A stretch of DNA of 64,000 nt from Escherichia coli (GCF_041886205.1 NZ_CP169029.1); one strand, 5' to 3'; counted from the first letter of the stretch, positions 46,982-60,436 are shown. Translations and numbers: made by a program. Notes: generated by a model not told the origin, from the letters alone.

Positions 46982-47308
46982 TTATTTGTTATTACTGCGT
47001 ATTTCCTGCCAGACTTTATCACAATCGGCTTTCACCGCCTGATCATTTCCGGTTTGTGTTGCGCGCAGACACTGCTGATAATCCAGTACGCGTACACTTT
47101 CCTGGTCGGCAAACTGCTGATGTTGTTTCTCTTTCTTCAGCACGTTTAACACGCTCTGGCAGGCTTCAATTTTTTCTGGCGAACCTTGCGCGGTGTTGAT
47201 ACAGGCGCTGTATGCCTCTTTCAGACGGCTGTCTTCCTGTGGTGCGGTTGATTGCGCACAAGCTACCAGCCCTGATGCCATCATGGCGATGAGAATCAGT
47301 TTTTTCAT
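46982..47308 (-). CDS. chiQ: Chitosugar-induced lipoprotein ChiQ
   Basis: 108 aa from MKKLILIAMMASGLVAC (lipobox); downstream of chiP. Confidence 0.8.
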   Translation of the reverse strand: MKKLILIAMMASGLVACAQSTAPQEDSRLKEAYSACINTAQGSPEKIEACQSVLNVLKKEKQHQQFADQESVRVLDYQQCLRATQTGNDQAVKADCDKVWQEIRSNNK

Positions 47309-47357
47309 AGCAAATTCCTCAAACGTGCGGCAGGCACAAAACCTGCCGCGTCGGGCA

Positions 47358-48764
47358 TCAGAAGATGGTGAATGGTGCAATTACCATAAATTTCACGTCA
47401 CGCTCATCCTGGAAGATGTTACCGTAACCGCCGCCCCAGCTTGGGATGTCGGAGTGGTTGTCGTATTCGGTGAAGTGCAGTTTGAACATCGTGCCTTTGG
47501 CGCGACCGTCCTGAATGGTGTAGACCGCATCCAGGCTGTAGGCAGACTCTTCAATAGTCCGGTTTTTGTCGTAGTACGCATCCGGATTGCTCTGCCAGGT
47601 CGCAGGTTTAGCATCCCATGCGTAAACGTAGGAAGCGCCGATGGCGAAGCCTGGAAGATTCCAGTTTTTCAGGTCATACATCGCACCGAAGAAGACCGCT
47701 TTTTCGCCGTTGGCGTTGAAGTCAGAACGGTTATCCCACCAGATATCCAGGCGACCATTCGAGGAAGCGTAGGTTGGGGTCATACGTTGCAGGAAGTATC
47801 CCTGCTGACCGTCAGCCTTAACCCAGGTGCCTTCGAGGCGCAAATCCACTACGTCAGCCGCCCGGTAACCAAAGGTCAACGCTTGCAGCCAGGCGGTGCC
47901 GTCATAAAGATCGTTGACGCTGCGATCGTCAACTTTATCGCGGGTACCATAGAACTGGTAGCTGGTGGTTAACGGGCTACCGGCGATATCAAATTTGTAG
48001 CTGGCTTTGGCAAAATATTGATCGATATACCCTTCCGCCTGACCAAATGCTGCTTCCAGTACGAAGTTATTTTTGAAGTCGTATTTCGCACCGATGGAGT
48101 GCAGGTAATCAACTTTGGTGGTTTTATCGTTCTGATAAAACTCATCCATTTCCAGATGCCACGGCGCTTTGTATTCGTTGGTCCACATGTAGGAGAAACT
48201 CAAGGCACCAGCATCGCCGTAATCAAAATTCGCTCCGGCTTCCGCACCCTGATAAGTACCTGGCATAAAGCTCCAGTGCGGCGCTAACAGCGTTTGACCA
48301 GTTGGCTGAATGTAACCTGCCCTCGCCCAAACCGGACCGTATTTAAATTTGGCCGCAGCTTTATACAGGCTTATACCGCTTTTGTCGCCGGACCAGTCTT
48401 CGTCATAGGCTTTATTACTTTTTGAAAACGCGATTTCGTTCGGGTGGGAGCTGTCGCCGTTTTCCGCCATTTCAATCGCCGTAAACGCAGCAATATCAAG
48501 GCCGAACATATCAGCAGCATAACCGGACTGAAAATCGAGGTTGGCATTCCAGGTGGAGTGAGAAAGGTTGGTTTTGTATTTGTCGCCGTCGGTAACATCT
48601 TTACGGTCGCGTTCACGCTGCCAGTAATATATACCGCCGGTTAAGGTTGAATCGTCGATGAATCCTTCGGCGCGAGCCTCCGGCATTGCCATAAAGCCCG
48701 ACATTGCTGTAACACCGGCGATAGCCAGCGCCAGCGTACTACGTTTGCCACTAAACGTACGCAT
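47358..48764 (-). CDS. chiP: Chitoporin (OprD-family outer membrane porin)
   Basis: 468-aa ORF with signal peptide and C-terminal aromatic residue (…IAPFTIF). Confidence 0.93.
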   Translation of the reverse strand: MRTFSGKRSTLALAIAGVTAMSGFMAMPEARAEGFIDDSTLTGGIYYWQRERDRKDVTDGDKYKTNLSHSTWNANLDFQSGYAADMFGLDIAAFTAIEMAENGDSSHPNEIAFSKSNKAYDEDWSGDKSGISLYKAAAKFKYGPVWARAGYIQPTGQTLLAPHWSFMPGTYQGAEAGANFDYGDAGALSFSYMWTNEYKAPWHLEMDEFYQNDKTTKVDYLHSIGAKYDFKNNFVLEAAFGQAEGYIDQYFAKASYKFDIAGSPLTTSYQFYGTRDKVDDRSVNDLYDGTAWLQALTFGYRAADVVDLRLEGTWVKADGQQGYFLQRMTPTYASSNGRLDIWWDNRSDFNANGEKAVFFGAMYDLKNWNLPGFAIGASYVYAWDAKPATWQSNPDAYYDKNRTIEESAYSLDAVYTIQDGRAKGTMFKLHFTEYDNHSDIPSWGGGYGNIFQDERDVKFMVIAPFTIF

Positions 48765-49114
48765 GGGTTAATCCTCTTTGACGTATAAATTGCTGCACCA
48801 AAGGTGAACAGCGAAAAAATAAAAATTAAAAAAGTAGCGTTGAGAAAAGTCTCGCTGACTACAGGAACAGACTATTTTTCGCGACGCGAATTATCAATCT
48901 CTTTCTGTAACCAGAATGTAAGAACATGAGCAACCGCACATATTTTGATGATTTTTGTTATAAGGCTTAAGTTTGCGGTTGAAAGGCTTGCAGAAGAATA
49001 AAAGCGTGAAATTCCAGCAAGATGAAAGCGGTTACATTTTATTTAATTATGTTTTGTTATTTTAAATTTATTTTATGGATAAATTGCGAAGCGGAATTAA
49101 TTCGCGAAGAAAAG

Positions 49115-49146
49115 CAGAAAAAACGCCGCTGAACGCGGCGTTTTGG
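49115..49146 (-). terminator. Intrinsic terminator downstream of glnS
   Basis: aaaaaacgccgc-tgaa-cgcggcgtttt: GC stem with A-run/T-run on either side, so it could function in both directions. Confidence 0.6.
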
Positions 49147-49159
49147 ATTGTTTGCATAT

Positions 49160-49330
49160 TTCTTGCCGGATGCGGCGTGAACGCCTTAACCGGCCTACAA
49201 AAGCACGCAAACTCAATATATTGCAGAGATCATGTAGGCCTGATAAGCGTAGTGCATCAGGCAATTTAGCGTTTGAAACTGTTTGTCTGTTCCTTGCCGG
49301 ATGCGACGTAAACGCCCCATCCGGCATAGC
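49160..49330. repeat. REP/BIME cluster between glnS and chiP
   Basis: Three REP copies (gccggatgcggcgtgaacgccttaaccggcctac; gtaggcctgataagcgtagtgcatcaggc; gccggatgcgacgtaaacgccccatccggc) seen directly. Confidence 0.7.
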
Positions 49331-49341
49331 GAAACTTAAAA

Positions 49342-51006
49342 TTACTCGCCTACTTTCGCCCAGGTATCACGCAGCCCAACGGTGCGGTTAAATACCGGTT
49401 TTTCCGCCGTAGAATGGCGGCTATCGAGGCAGAAGTAACCTTCACGCTCAAACTGGAATGCTTTACCCGCAACCGCATCTTTCAGCGACGGTTCAGCAAA
49501 GCCCTGTTTGATCACCAGCGATTCCGGGTTAATCACCGACAGGAAATCATCCGCAGCACCAGGGTTCGGCACGCTGAACAGACGGTCGTACAGACGGATT
49601 TCAACCGGCAGCGCATGTGCCGCGCTCACCCAGTGAATAACACCTTTGACTTTACGACCATCTGCCGGATCTTTGCTTAAGGTGTCGGCGTCATAAGTAC
49701 AGAAGATGGTGGTGATATTGCCTTCGGCATCTTTCTCCACGCGTTCTGCCTTAATGACGTAAGCATTACGCAGACGCACTTCTTTACCCAGCACCAGACG
49801 TTTGTACTGCTTGTTAGCTTCTTCGCGGAAATCGGCGCGATCGATCCAAATCTCACCGCTAAACGGCACCTGGCGGCTACCCATTTCCGGTTTGTTCGGA
49901 TGGTTCGGCATGGTAACCATTTCGCCTTCGCCCTGATAGTTTTCGATAACCAGTTTCACCGGATCGATAACCGCCATTGCGCGCGGGGCGTTTTCGTTGA
50001 GATCTTCACGGATGCAGGATTCCAGCGACGCCATCTCAATGGTGTTGTCCTGCTTGGTCACGCCGATGCGTTTGCAGAACTCACGAATAGAAGCAGCAGT
50101 GTAACCACGACGACGCAGACCGGAAATGGTCGGCATACGCGGGTCATCCCAGCCTTCAACGTGCTTGTCGGTCACCAGCAGGTTCAGCTTACGCTTGGAC
50201 ATCACAGTGTATTCCAGATTCAGGCGCGAGAATTCGTACTGGCGCGGGTGAACAGGAATGGTGATGTTGTCCAGCACCCAGTCGTACAGGCGACGGTTGT
50301 CCTGGAACTCAAGCGTACACAGAGAGTGCGTAATACCTTCCAGGGCATCGCTGATGCAGTGGGTGAAGTCGTACATCGGGTAGATGCACCACTTGTTGCC
50401 AGTCTGGTGGTGTTCAGCAAATTTAATGCGGTACAGCACCGGATCGCGCATCACGATAAACGGTGAAGCCATGTCGATTTTCGCACGCAGGCAGGCTTTA
50501 CCTTCTTCAAAACCACCGGCACGCATTTTTTCGAACAGCGCCAGGTTCTCTTCAACGCTGCGGTCGCGGTACGGGCTGTTTTTACCCGGTTGCGTCAGGG
50601 TGCCGCGGTATTCGCGGATCTGTTCCGGCGTCAGTTCATCAACGTACGCCAGGCCTTTATTGATCAGTTCGATCGCATAGGCGTGGAGCTGATCAAAATA
50701 ATCGGAGGAGTAACGGACGTTACCAGACCAGTGAAAACCTAACCACTCTACGTCGTTTTTGATCGACTCAACATACTCGATATCTTCTTTTACCGGGTTA
50801 GTGTCGTCGAAACGCAGGTTGCACTGGCCTTTATAGTCCTGGGCGATCCCGAAGTTCAGGCAGATAGATTTCGCATGGCCAATATGCAGATAGCCATTCG
50901 GCTCCGGCGGGAAACGGGTGTGTACTGTGGTGTGCTTACCACTGGCCAGATCTTCATCGATGATCTGACGGATAAAGTTAGTCGGGCGGGCTTCTGCCTC
51001 ACTCAT
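49342..51006 (-). CDS. glnS: Glutaminyl-tRNA synthetase
   Basis: 554-aa ORF with class I HIGH motif ([13 protein letters not shown]) and VMSKR (KMSKS-type) motif. Confidence 0.97.
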
Positions 51007-51161
51007 CGTGGATTCCTCAAAGCGTAAACAACGTATAACGGCGTATGATCTTATAAGCGGGACAGGCTGACAACTGTTAGTTTTTTAAAATTGATAATCT
51101 AACAAGGATTATGGGGATGATTGATGAAAAAAAAGCGGCAGAGAAGATCTCCACCGCTTGT

Positions 51162-51200
51162 CATTGTTGGATGCGACGCTCAAGCGTCGCATCAGGCATA
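51162..51200. repeat. Single REP element between nagE and glnS
   Basis: ggatgcgacgctcaagcgtcgcatcaggc seen directly. Confidence 0.5.
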
Positions 51201-51207
51201 AAGCAGA

Positions 51208-53154
51208 TTACTTTTTGATTTCATACAGCGGTGTTTGACCCGCCACAACATGGCCCTGAGCTTTAATGATCAAGCCACTGAAATCGTCGATATTGCTGCA
51301 AACCACCGGGCTAATCATCGAGCGGGCGTTAGCGTTCAGGTAATCCAGATCCATTTCCAGAATCGGTTGCCCTGCGCTTACCTGCGCACCCTCTTCCACC
51401 AGACGTTTAAAGCCTTTACCTTCCAGCGCTACGGTGTCGATACCCATATGGACGACGATCTCCGCGCCTTTTTCGGTTTCCAGGCAGAACGCGTGGTTGG
51501 TGTTGAAGATTTTCACGATTGTCCCTGCGGCTGGTGATACGACGATTTTATCTGTCGGTTTCACCGCCACACCGTCACCCACCGCTTTGCTGGCGAATGC
51601 TTCGTCAGGAACCTGATCCAGTGCCACGACATCACCGGTAATCGGCGATACCAGCTCCGCGATAGATACCGCGTTTGGTACAGCCTGCGGTTTTGCTACA
51701 GGCGCGGCAGTTGCCGGAGTTGCTTCAGCTGACGCAGCGGCTACCGGACCACGGGCAACAACTTTCTTCATTGCATCGCCGATGGATTCTGCTTTCGCGC
51801 CAACAATCACCTGAATAGTCTGTTTGTTCAGTTTCACTACACCAGAAGCACCCAGACGTTTACACATCGCATCGTTGACGCGGGCAGAGTCAGCCACGGT
51901 CAGGCGCAGACGGGTGATACAGGCGTCAATTGCTTTCAGGTTGTCAGTGCCGCCAACCGCAGCAATATAGTTGGTCGCCAGTTGATTGAGGCCTTCTTCA
52001 GTGTTGCTGTTGGCTTCTTCAGTAACGATCTCGTCTTCTTTATCTTCACGACCCGGCGTTTTCAGGTTGAACATGCGGATAACCAAACTGAACACCACGA
52101 AGTAGATAGCGAAGAAGACAACACCCATCACCAGCAGCATCCAGACGTTCTGGCTGGCGGCCGGCAGGTTATACATCAACGCGTAGTCGATAGCACCCGC
52201 AGAGAAAGAGAAGCCAGCATGGATACCCAGCAGCGTTGCCACAAACAGGCTGATACCGGTCAGCAGTGCGTGCAGGAGGTACAACAGCGGCGCAAGGAAC
52301 ATGAACAGGAATTCCAGCGGCTCAGTCACACCGGTCAGGAACGCAGTAACAGCAACAGAAAGCAGCATCCCGCCAACCATCGGACGACGCTCTTTCGGTG
52401 CTGCGAAGTACATCGCCAGCGCCGCCCCCGGCAGACCGAACATCATGATCGGGAAGAAGCCGGACATGAACATCCCCGCGGTGCCGTCACCGGCATAGAA
52501 GCGGTTAATGTCGCCGTGGAAAACCGTACCCGCCGCGTTGGTGAATTCACCAATCTGGAACCAGGCGATGGTGTTCAGTACCTGATGCAGACCGGTTGGG
52601 ATCAGCAGACGGTTGATGAAACCAAAGATACCGGAACCCAGCGCGCCCGCAGAAACGATCCACTCGCCGCCTGCATGGATAGCGTGCTGTACCGGCGGCC
52701 AGACATAACCAAAAATGGCCGCCAGCACCAGGCAGAAGAAGCCGGTGGCGATCGGCACAAAGCGTTTGCCGCCGAAGAAGCTCAGGAAGTCCGGCAGTTT
52801 AATATCGGACCAACGGTTATAGGCTGCACCACCAACCAGACCGGTAATGATACCCGCCAGTACACCCATGTTAATTTCTGGGTTGATGGTCACCATCGCT
52901 TTGGTTAACACAAAGTAACCGACCGCACCCGCCAGCGCCGCCGCACCTGCGCTGTCTTTCGACCAGCTGGATGCCACACCGATGGCGAAGATTAATGCGA
53001 GGTTATCAAAAATCGCACCGCCCGCCTGGGCAATAAACGCAACGTTAAGTAAATCTGGCTGACCGAATCGCAGCAACAGCGCCGCCACCGGCAGCACCGC
53101 GATAGGGAGCTGTAACGCCCTACCGAGTCGCTGGAAAAAACCTAAAATATTCAT
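51208..53154 (-). CDS. nagE: PTS N-acetylglucosamine-specific EIICBA component
   Basis: 648-aa ORF, MNILGFFQRLGRALQLPIAVLP... Confidence 0.95.
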   Translation of the reverse strand: MNILGFFQRLGRALQLPIAVLPVAALLLRFGQPDLLNVAFIAQAGGAIFDNLALIFAIGVASSWSKDSAGAAALAGAVGYFVLTKAMVTINPEINMGVLAGIITGLVGGAAYNRWSDIKLPDFLSFFGGKRFVPIATGFFCLVLAAIFGYVWPPVQHAIHAGGEWIVSAGALGSGIFGFINRLLIPTGLHQVLNTIAWFQIGEFTNAAGTVFHGDINRFYAGDGTAGMFMSGFFPIMMFGLPGAALAMYFAAPKERRPMVGGMLLSVAVTAFLTGVTEPLEFLFMFLAPLLYLLHALLTGISLFVATLLGIHAGFSFSAGAIDYALMYNLPAASQNVWMLLVMGVVFFAIYFVVFSLVIRMFNLKTPGREDKEDEIVTEEANSNTEEGLNQLATNYIAAVGGTDNLKAIDACITRLRLTVADSARVNDAMCKRLGASGVVKLNKQTIQVIVGAKAESIGDAMKKVVARGPVAAASAEATPATAAPVAKPQAVPNAVSIAELVSPITGDVVALDQVPDEAFASKAVGDGVAVKPTDKIVVSPAAGTIVKIFNTNHAFCLETEKGAEIVVHMGIDTVALEGKGFKRLVEEGAQVSAGQPILEMDLDYLNANARSMISPVVCSNIDDFSGLIIKAQGHVVAGQTPLYEIKK

Positions 53155-53308
53155 CTTATTCCCCCTACGAGAACCCTATTTGGCTCGTTTAAAGCCGTAT
53201 TTTTATTTTGCTGCAAATTGTACTGCCGATGTTCTGTAATCAGATTGTTAGATCATCTGCTACAGAGTGTGTGAAAATTTAATTCGTATCGCAAATTAAA
53301 CGCGTGTC

Positions 53309-53329
53309 TTTTGTGAGTTTTGTCACCAA
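53309..53329. promoter_or_regulatory. CRP-binding site in divergent nagE-nagB promoter region
   Basis: tgtga-gttttg-tcacc matches CRP consensus TGTGA-N6-TCACA; cAMP-CRP control of the nag regulon is established. Confidence 0.5.
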
Positions 53330-53486
53330 ATATCGTTATCATCACTCCCTTTTACTGGCTAAACCAGAAAACTTATTTTATCATTCAAAAAATCAGGTCG
53401 AATTGACGCCTGTCTGCGCAAATCCAGGTTACGCTTAAAGATGCCTAATCCGCCAACGGCTTACATTTTACTTATTGAGGTGAATA

Positions 53487-55495
<2,009 letters not shown>

Positions 55496-55503
55496 GAGAA
55501 AGT

Positions 55504-56724
55504 ATGACACCAGGCGGACAAGCTCAGATAGGTAATGTTGATCTCGTAAAACAGCTTAACAGCGCGGCGGTTTATCGCCTGATTGACCAGTACGGGCCAA
55601 TCTCGCGGATTCAGATTGCCGAGCAAAGCCAGCTTGCCCCCGCCAGCGTAACCAAAATTACGCGTCAGCTTATCGAACGCGGGCTGATCAAAGAAGTTGA
55701 TCAGCAGGCCTCCACCGGGGGCCGCCGCGCTATCTCCATCGTCACCGAAACCCGCAATTTCCACGCAATCGGCGTACGGCTTGGTCGTCACGACGCCACC
55801 ATCACCCTGTTTGATCTCAGCAGCAAAGTGCTGGCAGAAGAACATTACCCGCTGCCGGAACGTACCCAGCAAACGCTGGAACATGCCCTGTTGAATGCCA
55901 TTGCTCAGTTTATTGATAGCTACCAGCGCAAACTGCGCGAGCTGATCGCGATTTCGGTGATCCTGCCAGGGCTTGTTGACCCGGACAGCGGCAAAATTCA
56001 TTACATGCCGCATATTCAGGTAGAAAACTGGGGGCTGGTAGAAGCTCTGGAAGAACGTTTTAAAGTGACCTGTTTCGTTGGTCACGATATCCGTAGTCTG
56101 GCGCTGGCGGAGCACTACTTCGGTGCAAGTCAGGATTGCGAAGACTCCATTCTGGTGCGTGTCCATCGCGGAACCGGGGCCGGGATTATCTCTAACGGGC
56201 GCATTTTTATTGGCCGCAACGGTAACGTCGGTGAAATTGGCCATATTCAGGTCGAACCGCTGGGTGAACGCTGCCACTGCGGCAACTTTGGCTGCCTGGA
56301 AACTATCGCCGCCAACGCTGCCATTGAACAACGGGTGTTGAATCTGTTAAAGCAGGGCTACCAGAGCCGCGTGCCGCTGGACGACTGCACCATCAAAACT
56401 ATCTGCAAAGCCGCGAACAAAGGCGATAGTCTGGCGTCGGAAGTAATTGAGTATGTCGGTCGTCATCTGGGTAAAACCATCGCCATTGCTATCAACTTAT
56501 TTAATCCGCAAAAAATTGTTATTGCCGGTGAAATCACCGAAGCCGATAAAGTGCTGCTCCCTGCTATTGAAAGCTGCATTAATACCCAGGCGCTGAAGGC
56601 GTTTCGCACTAATCTGCCGGTGGTACGTTCTGAGCTGGATCACCGCTCGGCAATCGGCGCTTTTGCGCTGGTAAAACGCGCCATGCTCAACGGTATTTTG
56701 CTCCAGCATTTGCTGGAAAATTAA
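55504..56724 (+). CDS. nagC: ROK-family transcriptional regulator NagC
   Basis: 406-aa ORF with N-terminal HTH and ROK sugar-kinase-like domain (CHCGNFGCLE). Confidence 0.95.
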   Translation: MTPGGQAQIGNVDLVKQLNSAAVYRLIDQYGPISRIQIAEQSQLAPASVTKITRQLIERGLIKEVDQQASTGGRRAISIVTETRNFHAIGVRLGRHDATITLFDLSSKVLAEEHYPLPERTQQTLEHALLNAIAQFIDSYQRKLRELIAISVILPGLVDPDSGKIHYMPHIQVENWGLVEALEERFKVTCFVGHDIRSLALAEHYFGASQDCEDSILVRVHRGTGAGIISNGRIFIGRNGNVGEIGHIQVEPLGERCHCGNFGCLETIAANAAIEQRVLNLLKQGYQSRVPLDDCTIKTICKAANKGDSLASEVIEYVGRHLGKTIAIAINLFNPQKIVIAGEITEADKVLLPAIESCINTQALKAFRTNLPVVRSELDHRSAIGAFALVKRAMLNGILLQHLLEN

Positions 56725-56771
56725 TGTGCTTTTATAGTGGCGCTTATTGTTGTCAATATTCTGGGTAGTCC

Positions 56772-57524
56772 ATGACCATTAAAAATGTAATTTGCGATAT
56801 CGACGGCGTGCTGATGCACGATAACGTCGCCGTACCGGGTGCAGCGGAATTTTTGCACGGGATTATGGATAAAGGCCTGCCGCTGGTGTTGCTGACCAAC
56901 TATCCTTCGCAGACTGGGCAAGATCTGGCGAACCGCTTTGCCACCGCAGGTGTCGATGTACCTGACAGCGTGTTTTATACCTCTGCGATGGCGACTGCCG
57001 ATTTCCTGCGTCGCCAGGAAGGCAAGAAAGCGTATGTGGTGGGCGAAGGCGCACTGATTCATGAACTGTACAAAGCCGGTTTCACTATTACCGATGTGAA
57101 CCCTGATTTTGTGATTGTTGGCGAAACGCGTTCCTACAACTGGGACATGATGCATAAAGCGGCCTATTTCGTCGCTAATGGTGCACGCTTTATCGCCACC
57201 AACCCGGATACCCACGGGCGCGGTTTTTATCCGGCCTGTGGCGCGTTGTGTGCAGGGATCGAGAAAATCTCCGGGCGCAAACCGTTCTATGTCGGTAAGC
57301 CCAGTCCGTGGATCATCCGCGCGGCATTAAACAAAATGCAGGCGCATTCGGAAGAAACGGTGATTGTCGGCGATAACCTGCGTACCGATATTCTGGCGGG
57401 CTTCCAGGCAGGTCTGGAGACGATTCTGGTGCTTTCTGGTGTTTCGTCGCTCGACGATATCGACAGTATGCCGTTCCGCCCAAGTTGGATTTACCCATCG
57501 GTCGCTGAAATCGACGTTATCTGA
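56772..57524 (+). CDS. umpH: HAD-superfamily UMP phosphatase (NagD/UmpH)
   Basis: 250-aa ORF with HAD motif I (ICDIDGVLM). Confidence 0.93.
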   Translation: MTIKNVICDIDGVLMHDNVAVPGAAEFLHGIMDKGLPLVLLTNYPSQTGQDLANRFATAGVDVPDSVFYTSAMATADFLRRQEGKKAYVVGEGALIHELYKAGFTITDVNPDFVIVGETRSYNWDMMHKAAYFVANGARFIATNPDTHGRGFYPACGALCAGIEKISGRKPFYVGKPSPWIIRAALNKMQAHSEETVIVGDNLRTDILAGFQAGLETILVLSGVSSLDDIDSMPFRPSWIYPSVAEIDVI

Positions 57525-57531
57525 ATAGCAA

Positions 57532-57561
57532 CCACGTCTCAGGACGTGGTTTCTTATTTTT
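57532..57561 (+). terminator. Intrinsic terminator after the nagBACD operon
   Basis: ccacgtc-tcag-gacgtgg followed by tttcttattttt. Confidence 0.5.
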
Positions 57562-57765
57562 ACCCATCATTAAAATCATCCCATTCAATAAAACCCGCCA
57601 AAAATTATCGATCCATCAATAAATACGCCACCGCACCATCCCCTTTTTCACAAATCAGCAATCACCATTACGTTTTTTATTTTTCCACCGCCAAATCTCT
57701 TGCGCACGTTGCTGCTTTGCGGCATTTTTTAAACAAGCAACCGCAACAAATTAATGGAGAAGGTT

Positions 57766-59430
57766 ATGTGTTCAATTTTTGGCGTATTCGATATCAAAAC
57801 AGACGCAGTTGAGCTGCGGAAGAAAGCCCTCGAGCTGTCACGCCTGATGCGTCATCGTGGCCCGGACTGGTCCGGTATTTATGCCAGCGATAACGCCATT
57901 CTCGCCCACGAACGTCTGTCAATTGTTGACGTTAACGCGGGGGCGCAACCTCTCTACAACCAACAAAAAACTCATGTGCTGGCGGTAAACGGTGAAATCT
58001 ACAACCACCAGGCACTGCGCGCCGAATATGGCGATCGTTATCAGTTCCAGACCGGATCTGACTGCGAAGTGATCCTCGCGCTGTATCAGGAAAAAGGACC
58101 GGAATTTCTCGACGACTTGCAGGGCATGTTTGCCTTTGCCCTGTACGACAGCGAAAAAAATGCATATCTGATTGGTCGCGACCATCTGGGGATCATCCCA
58201 CTGTATATGGGCTATGACGAACACGGTCAGCTGTATGTGGCCTCAGAAATGAAAGCCCTGGTGCCAGTTTGCCGCACGATTAAAGAGTTCCCGGCGGGGA
58301 GCTATTTGTGGAGTCAGGACGGCGAAATCCGTTCTTATTATCATCGCGACTGGTTCGACTTTGATGCAGTGAAAGATAACGTGACCGACAAAAACGAGCT
58401 GCGTCAGGCACTGGAAGATTCCGTTAAAAGCCATCTGATGTCTGATGTGCCTTACGGTGTGCTGCTTTCTGGTGGTCTGGATTCCTCAATTATTTCTGCG
58501 ATCACCAAGAAATACGCCGCCCGTCGCGTGGAAGATCAGGAACGTTCTGAAGCCTGGTGGCCGCAGTTACACTCCTTTGCTGTAGGTCTGCCGGGTTCAC
58601 CGGATCTGAAAGCAGCCCAGGAAGTGGCAAACCATCTGGGCACGGTGCATCACGAAATTCACTTCACTGTACAGGAAGGTCTGGATGCCATCCGCGACGT
58701 GATTTACCACATCGAAACTTATGATGTGACCACTATTCGCGCTTCAACACCGATGTATTTAATGTCGCGTAAGATCAAGGCGATGGGCATTAAAATGGTG
58801 CTGTCCGGTGAAGGTTCTGATGAAGTGTTTGGCGGTTATCTTTACTTCCACAAAGCGCCGAACGCTAAAGAACTGCATGAAGAGACGGTGCGTAAATTGC
58901 TGGCCCTGCATATGTATGACTGCGCCCGTGCCAACAAAGCGATGTCAGCCTGGGGCGTGGAAGCACGCGTTCCGTTCCTCGATAAGAAATTCCTTGATGT
59001 GGCGATGCGTATTAACCCACAGGATAAAATGTGCGGTAACGGCAAAATGGAAAAACACATCCTGCGTGAATGTTTTGAAGCGTATCTGCCTGCAAGCGTG
59101 GCCTGGCGGCAGAAAGAGCAGTTCTCCGATGGCGTCGGTTACAGTTGGATCGACACTCTGAAAGAAGTGGCGGCGCAGCAGGTTTCTGATCAGCAACTGG
59201 AAACTGCCCGCTTCCGCTTCCCGTACAACACGCCAACCTCAAAAGAAGCGTATCTGTACCGGGAGATCTTTGAAGAACTGTTCCCGCTTCCGAGCGCCGC
59301 TGAGTGCGTGCCTGGAGGTCCTTCCGTCGCGTGTTCTTCAGCTAAAGCTATCGAATGGGATGAAGCGTTCAAAAAAATGGACGATCCATCTGGTCGTGCG
59401 GTTGGTGTTCACCAGTCGGCATATAAGTAA
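57766..59430 (+). CDS. asnB: Asparagine synthetase B (glutamine-hydrolysing)
   Basis: 554 aa from MCSIFGVFDIKTD (Ntn amidotransferase Cys2); ORF-track start 12 nt upstream rejected. Confidence 0.95.
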   Translation: MCSIFGVFDIKTDAVELRKKALELSRLMRHRGPDWSGIYASDNAILAHERLSIVDVNAGAQPLYNQQKTHVLAVNGEIYNHQALRAEYGDRYQFQTGSDCEVILALYQEKGPEFLDDLQGMFAFALYDSEKNAYLIGRDHLGIIPLYMGYDEHGQLYVASEMKALVPVCRTIKEFPAGSYLWSQDGEIRSYYHRDWFDFDAVKDNVTDKNELRQALEDSVKSHLMSDVPYGVLLSGGLDSSIISAITKKYAARRVEDQERSEAWWPQLHSFAVGLPGSPDLKAAQEVANHLGTVHHEIHFTVQEGLDAIRDVIYHIETYDVTTIRASTPMYLMSRKIKAMGIKMVLSGEGSDEVFGGYLYFHKAPNAKELHEETVRKLLALHMYDCARANKAMSAWGVEARVPFLDKKFLDVAMRINPQDKMCGNGKMEKHILRECFEAYLPASVAWRQKEQFSDGVGYSWIDTLKEVAAQQVSDQQLETARFRFPYNTPTSKEAYLYREIFEELFPLPSAAECVPGGPSVACSSAKAIEWDEAFKKMDDPSGRAVGVHQSAYK

Positions 59431-59438
59431 GAAATGCG

Positions 59439-59476
59439 AAACAGCCCCGGTGAAATCCGGGGCTGTTTCAATTATT
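59439..59476 (+). terminator. Intrinsic terminator after asnB
   Basis: aaacagccccgg-tgaaat-ccggggctgttt followed by an AT-rich tract. Confidence 0.6.
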
Positions 59477-59741
59477 GAGGTGCCTGTTGATTCTGATATG
59501 CAGTAAGGAAATGTTCCGGGTTTGCCACATCACTGTTTGACAACTCATCACTGTAGGCCAGTATTTCATAGATTAATTTCCCACCACTATTGTTGAATTC
59601 CGAATTTCATCCTGTACGACAAAAGAATGGCTGTAGGGTGGGGAAAAAACACAAAGTAAACAATAATTGACGAATATAGCGCCACGCTGTTCGCAACCTA
59701 ACCAAACAGTCACTTTCGAGCAATTTTCCTTGAAAAAGAGG

Positions 59742-59770
59742 TTGACGCTGCAAGGCTCTATACGCATAAT
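59742..59770 (+). promoter_or_regulatory. Sigma-70 promoter of the metT tRNA operon
   Basis: -35 ttgacg, 17-bp spacer, -10 cataat, then GC-rich discriminator gcgcccc (typical of stringently controlled stable-RNA promoters) and an A/T-rich UP-like region upstream; about 40 nt before the first tRNA. Confidence 0.6.
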
Positions 59771-59808
59771 GCGCCCCGCAACGCCGATAAGGTATCGCGA
59801 AAAAAGAT

Positions 59809-59885
59809 GGCTACGTAGCTCAGTTGGTTAGAGCACATCACTCATAATGATGGGGTCACAGGTTCGAATCCCGTCGTAGCCACCA
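59809..59885 (+). tRNA. metT: tRNA-Met (elongator, anticodon CAU)
   Basis: 77-nt cloverleaf ending CCA; anticodon loop ctCATaa read directly. Confidence 0.95.
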
Positions 59886-59893
59886 TCTTTTTT

Positions 59894-59978
59894 GCGGGAG
59901 TGGCGAAATTGGTAGACGCACCAGATTTAGGTTCTGGCGCCGCAAGGTGTGCGAGTTCAAGTCTCGCCTCCCGCACCA
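59894..59978 (+). tRNA. leuW: tRNA-Leu (anticodon UAG)
   Basis: 85-nt class II tRNA with long variable arm, ending CCA; anticodon loop ttTAGgt. Confidence 0.95.
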
Positions 59979-60001
59979 TTCACCAGAAAGCGTTGTACGG
60001 A

Positions 60002-60076
60002 TGGGGTATCGCCAAGCGGTAAGGCACCGGTTTTTGATACCGGCATTCCCTGGTTCGAATCCAGGTACCCCAGCCA
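60002..60076 (+). tRNA. glnU: tRNA-Gln (anticodon UUG)
   Basis: 75-nt tRNA tggggtatcgccaagcggtaagg...cca; anticodon loop ttTTGat. Confidence 0.95.
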
Positions 60077-60110
60077 TCTTCTTCGAGTAAGCGGTTCACC
60101 GCCCGGTTAT

Positions 60111-60185
60111 TGGGGTATCGCCAAGCGGTAAGGCACCGGTTTTTGATACCGGCATTCCCTGGTTCGAATCCAGGTACCCCAGCCA
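60111..60185 (+). tRNA. glnW: tRNA-Gln (anticodon UUG), identical copy
   Basis: Identical to the glnU copy, including its 5' leader. Confidence 0.95.
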
Positions 60186-60200
60186 TCGAAGAAACAATCT

Positions 60201-60277
60201 GGCTACGTAGCTCAGTTGGTTAGAGCACATCACTCATAATGATGGGGTCACAGGTTCGAATCCCGTCGTAGCCACCA
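60201..60277 (+). tRNA. metU: tRNA-Met (elongator, anticodon CAU), second copy
   Basis: Identical to the metT copy. Confidence 0.95.
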
Positions 60278-60324
60278 AATTCTGAATGTGTCGAATATGT
60301 TCGGCAAATTCAAAACCAATTTGT

Positions 60325-60399
60325 TGGGGTATCGCCAAGCGGTAAGGCACCGGATTCTGATTCCGGCATTCCGAGGTTCGAATCCTCGTACCCCAGCCA
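60325..60399 (+). tRNA. glnV: tRNA-Gln (anticodon CUG)
   Basis: 75-nt tRNA; anticodon loop ttCTGat. Confidence 0.95.
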
Positions 60400-60436
60400 A
60401 TTTATTCAAGACGCTTACCTTGTAAGTGCACCCAGT

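Noticed and set aside
49143-49391. Small ORFs inside REP clusters (for example 49075..49269, 49097..49327, 49143..49391, 12970..13230, 30596..30802)
   Set aside because: They are produced by the palindromic REP repeats and lack start context; the same peptide motifs recur at every REP site.
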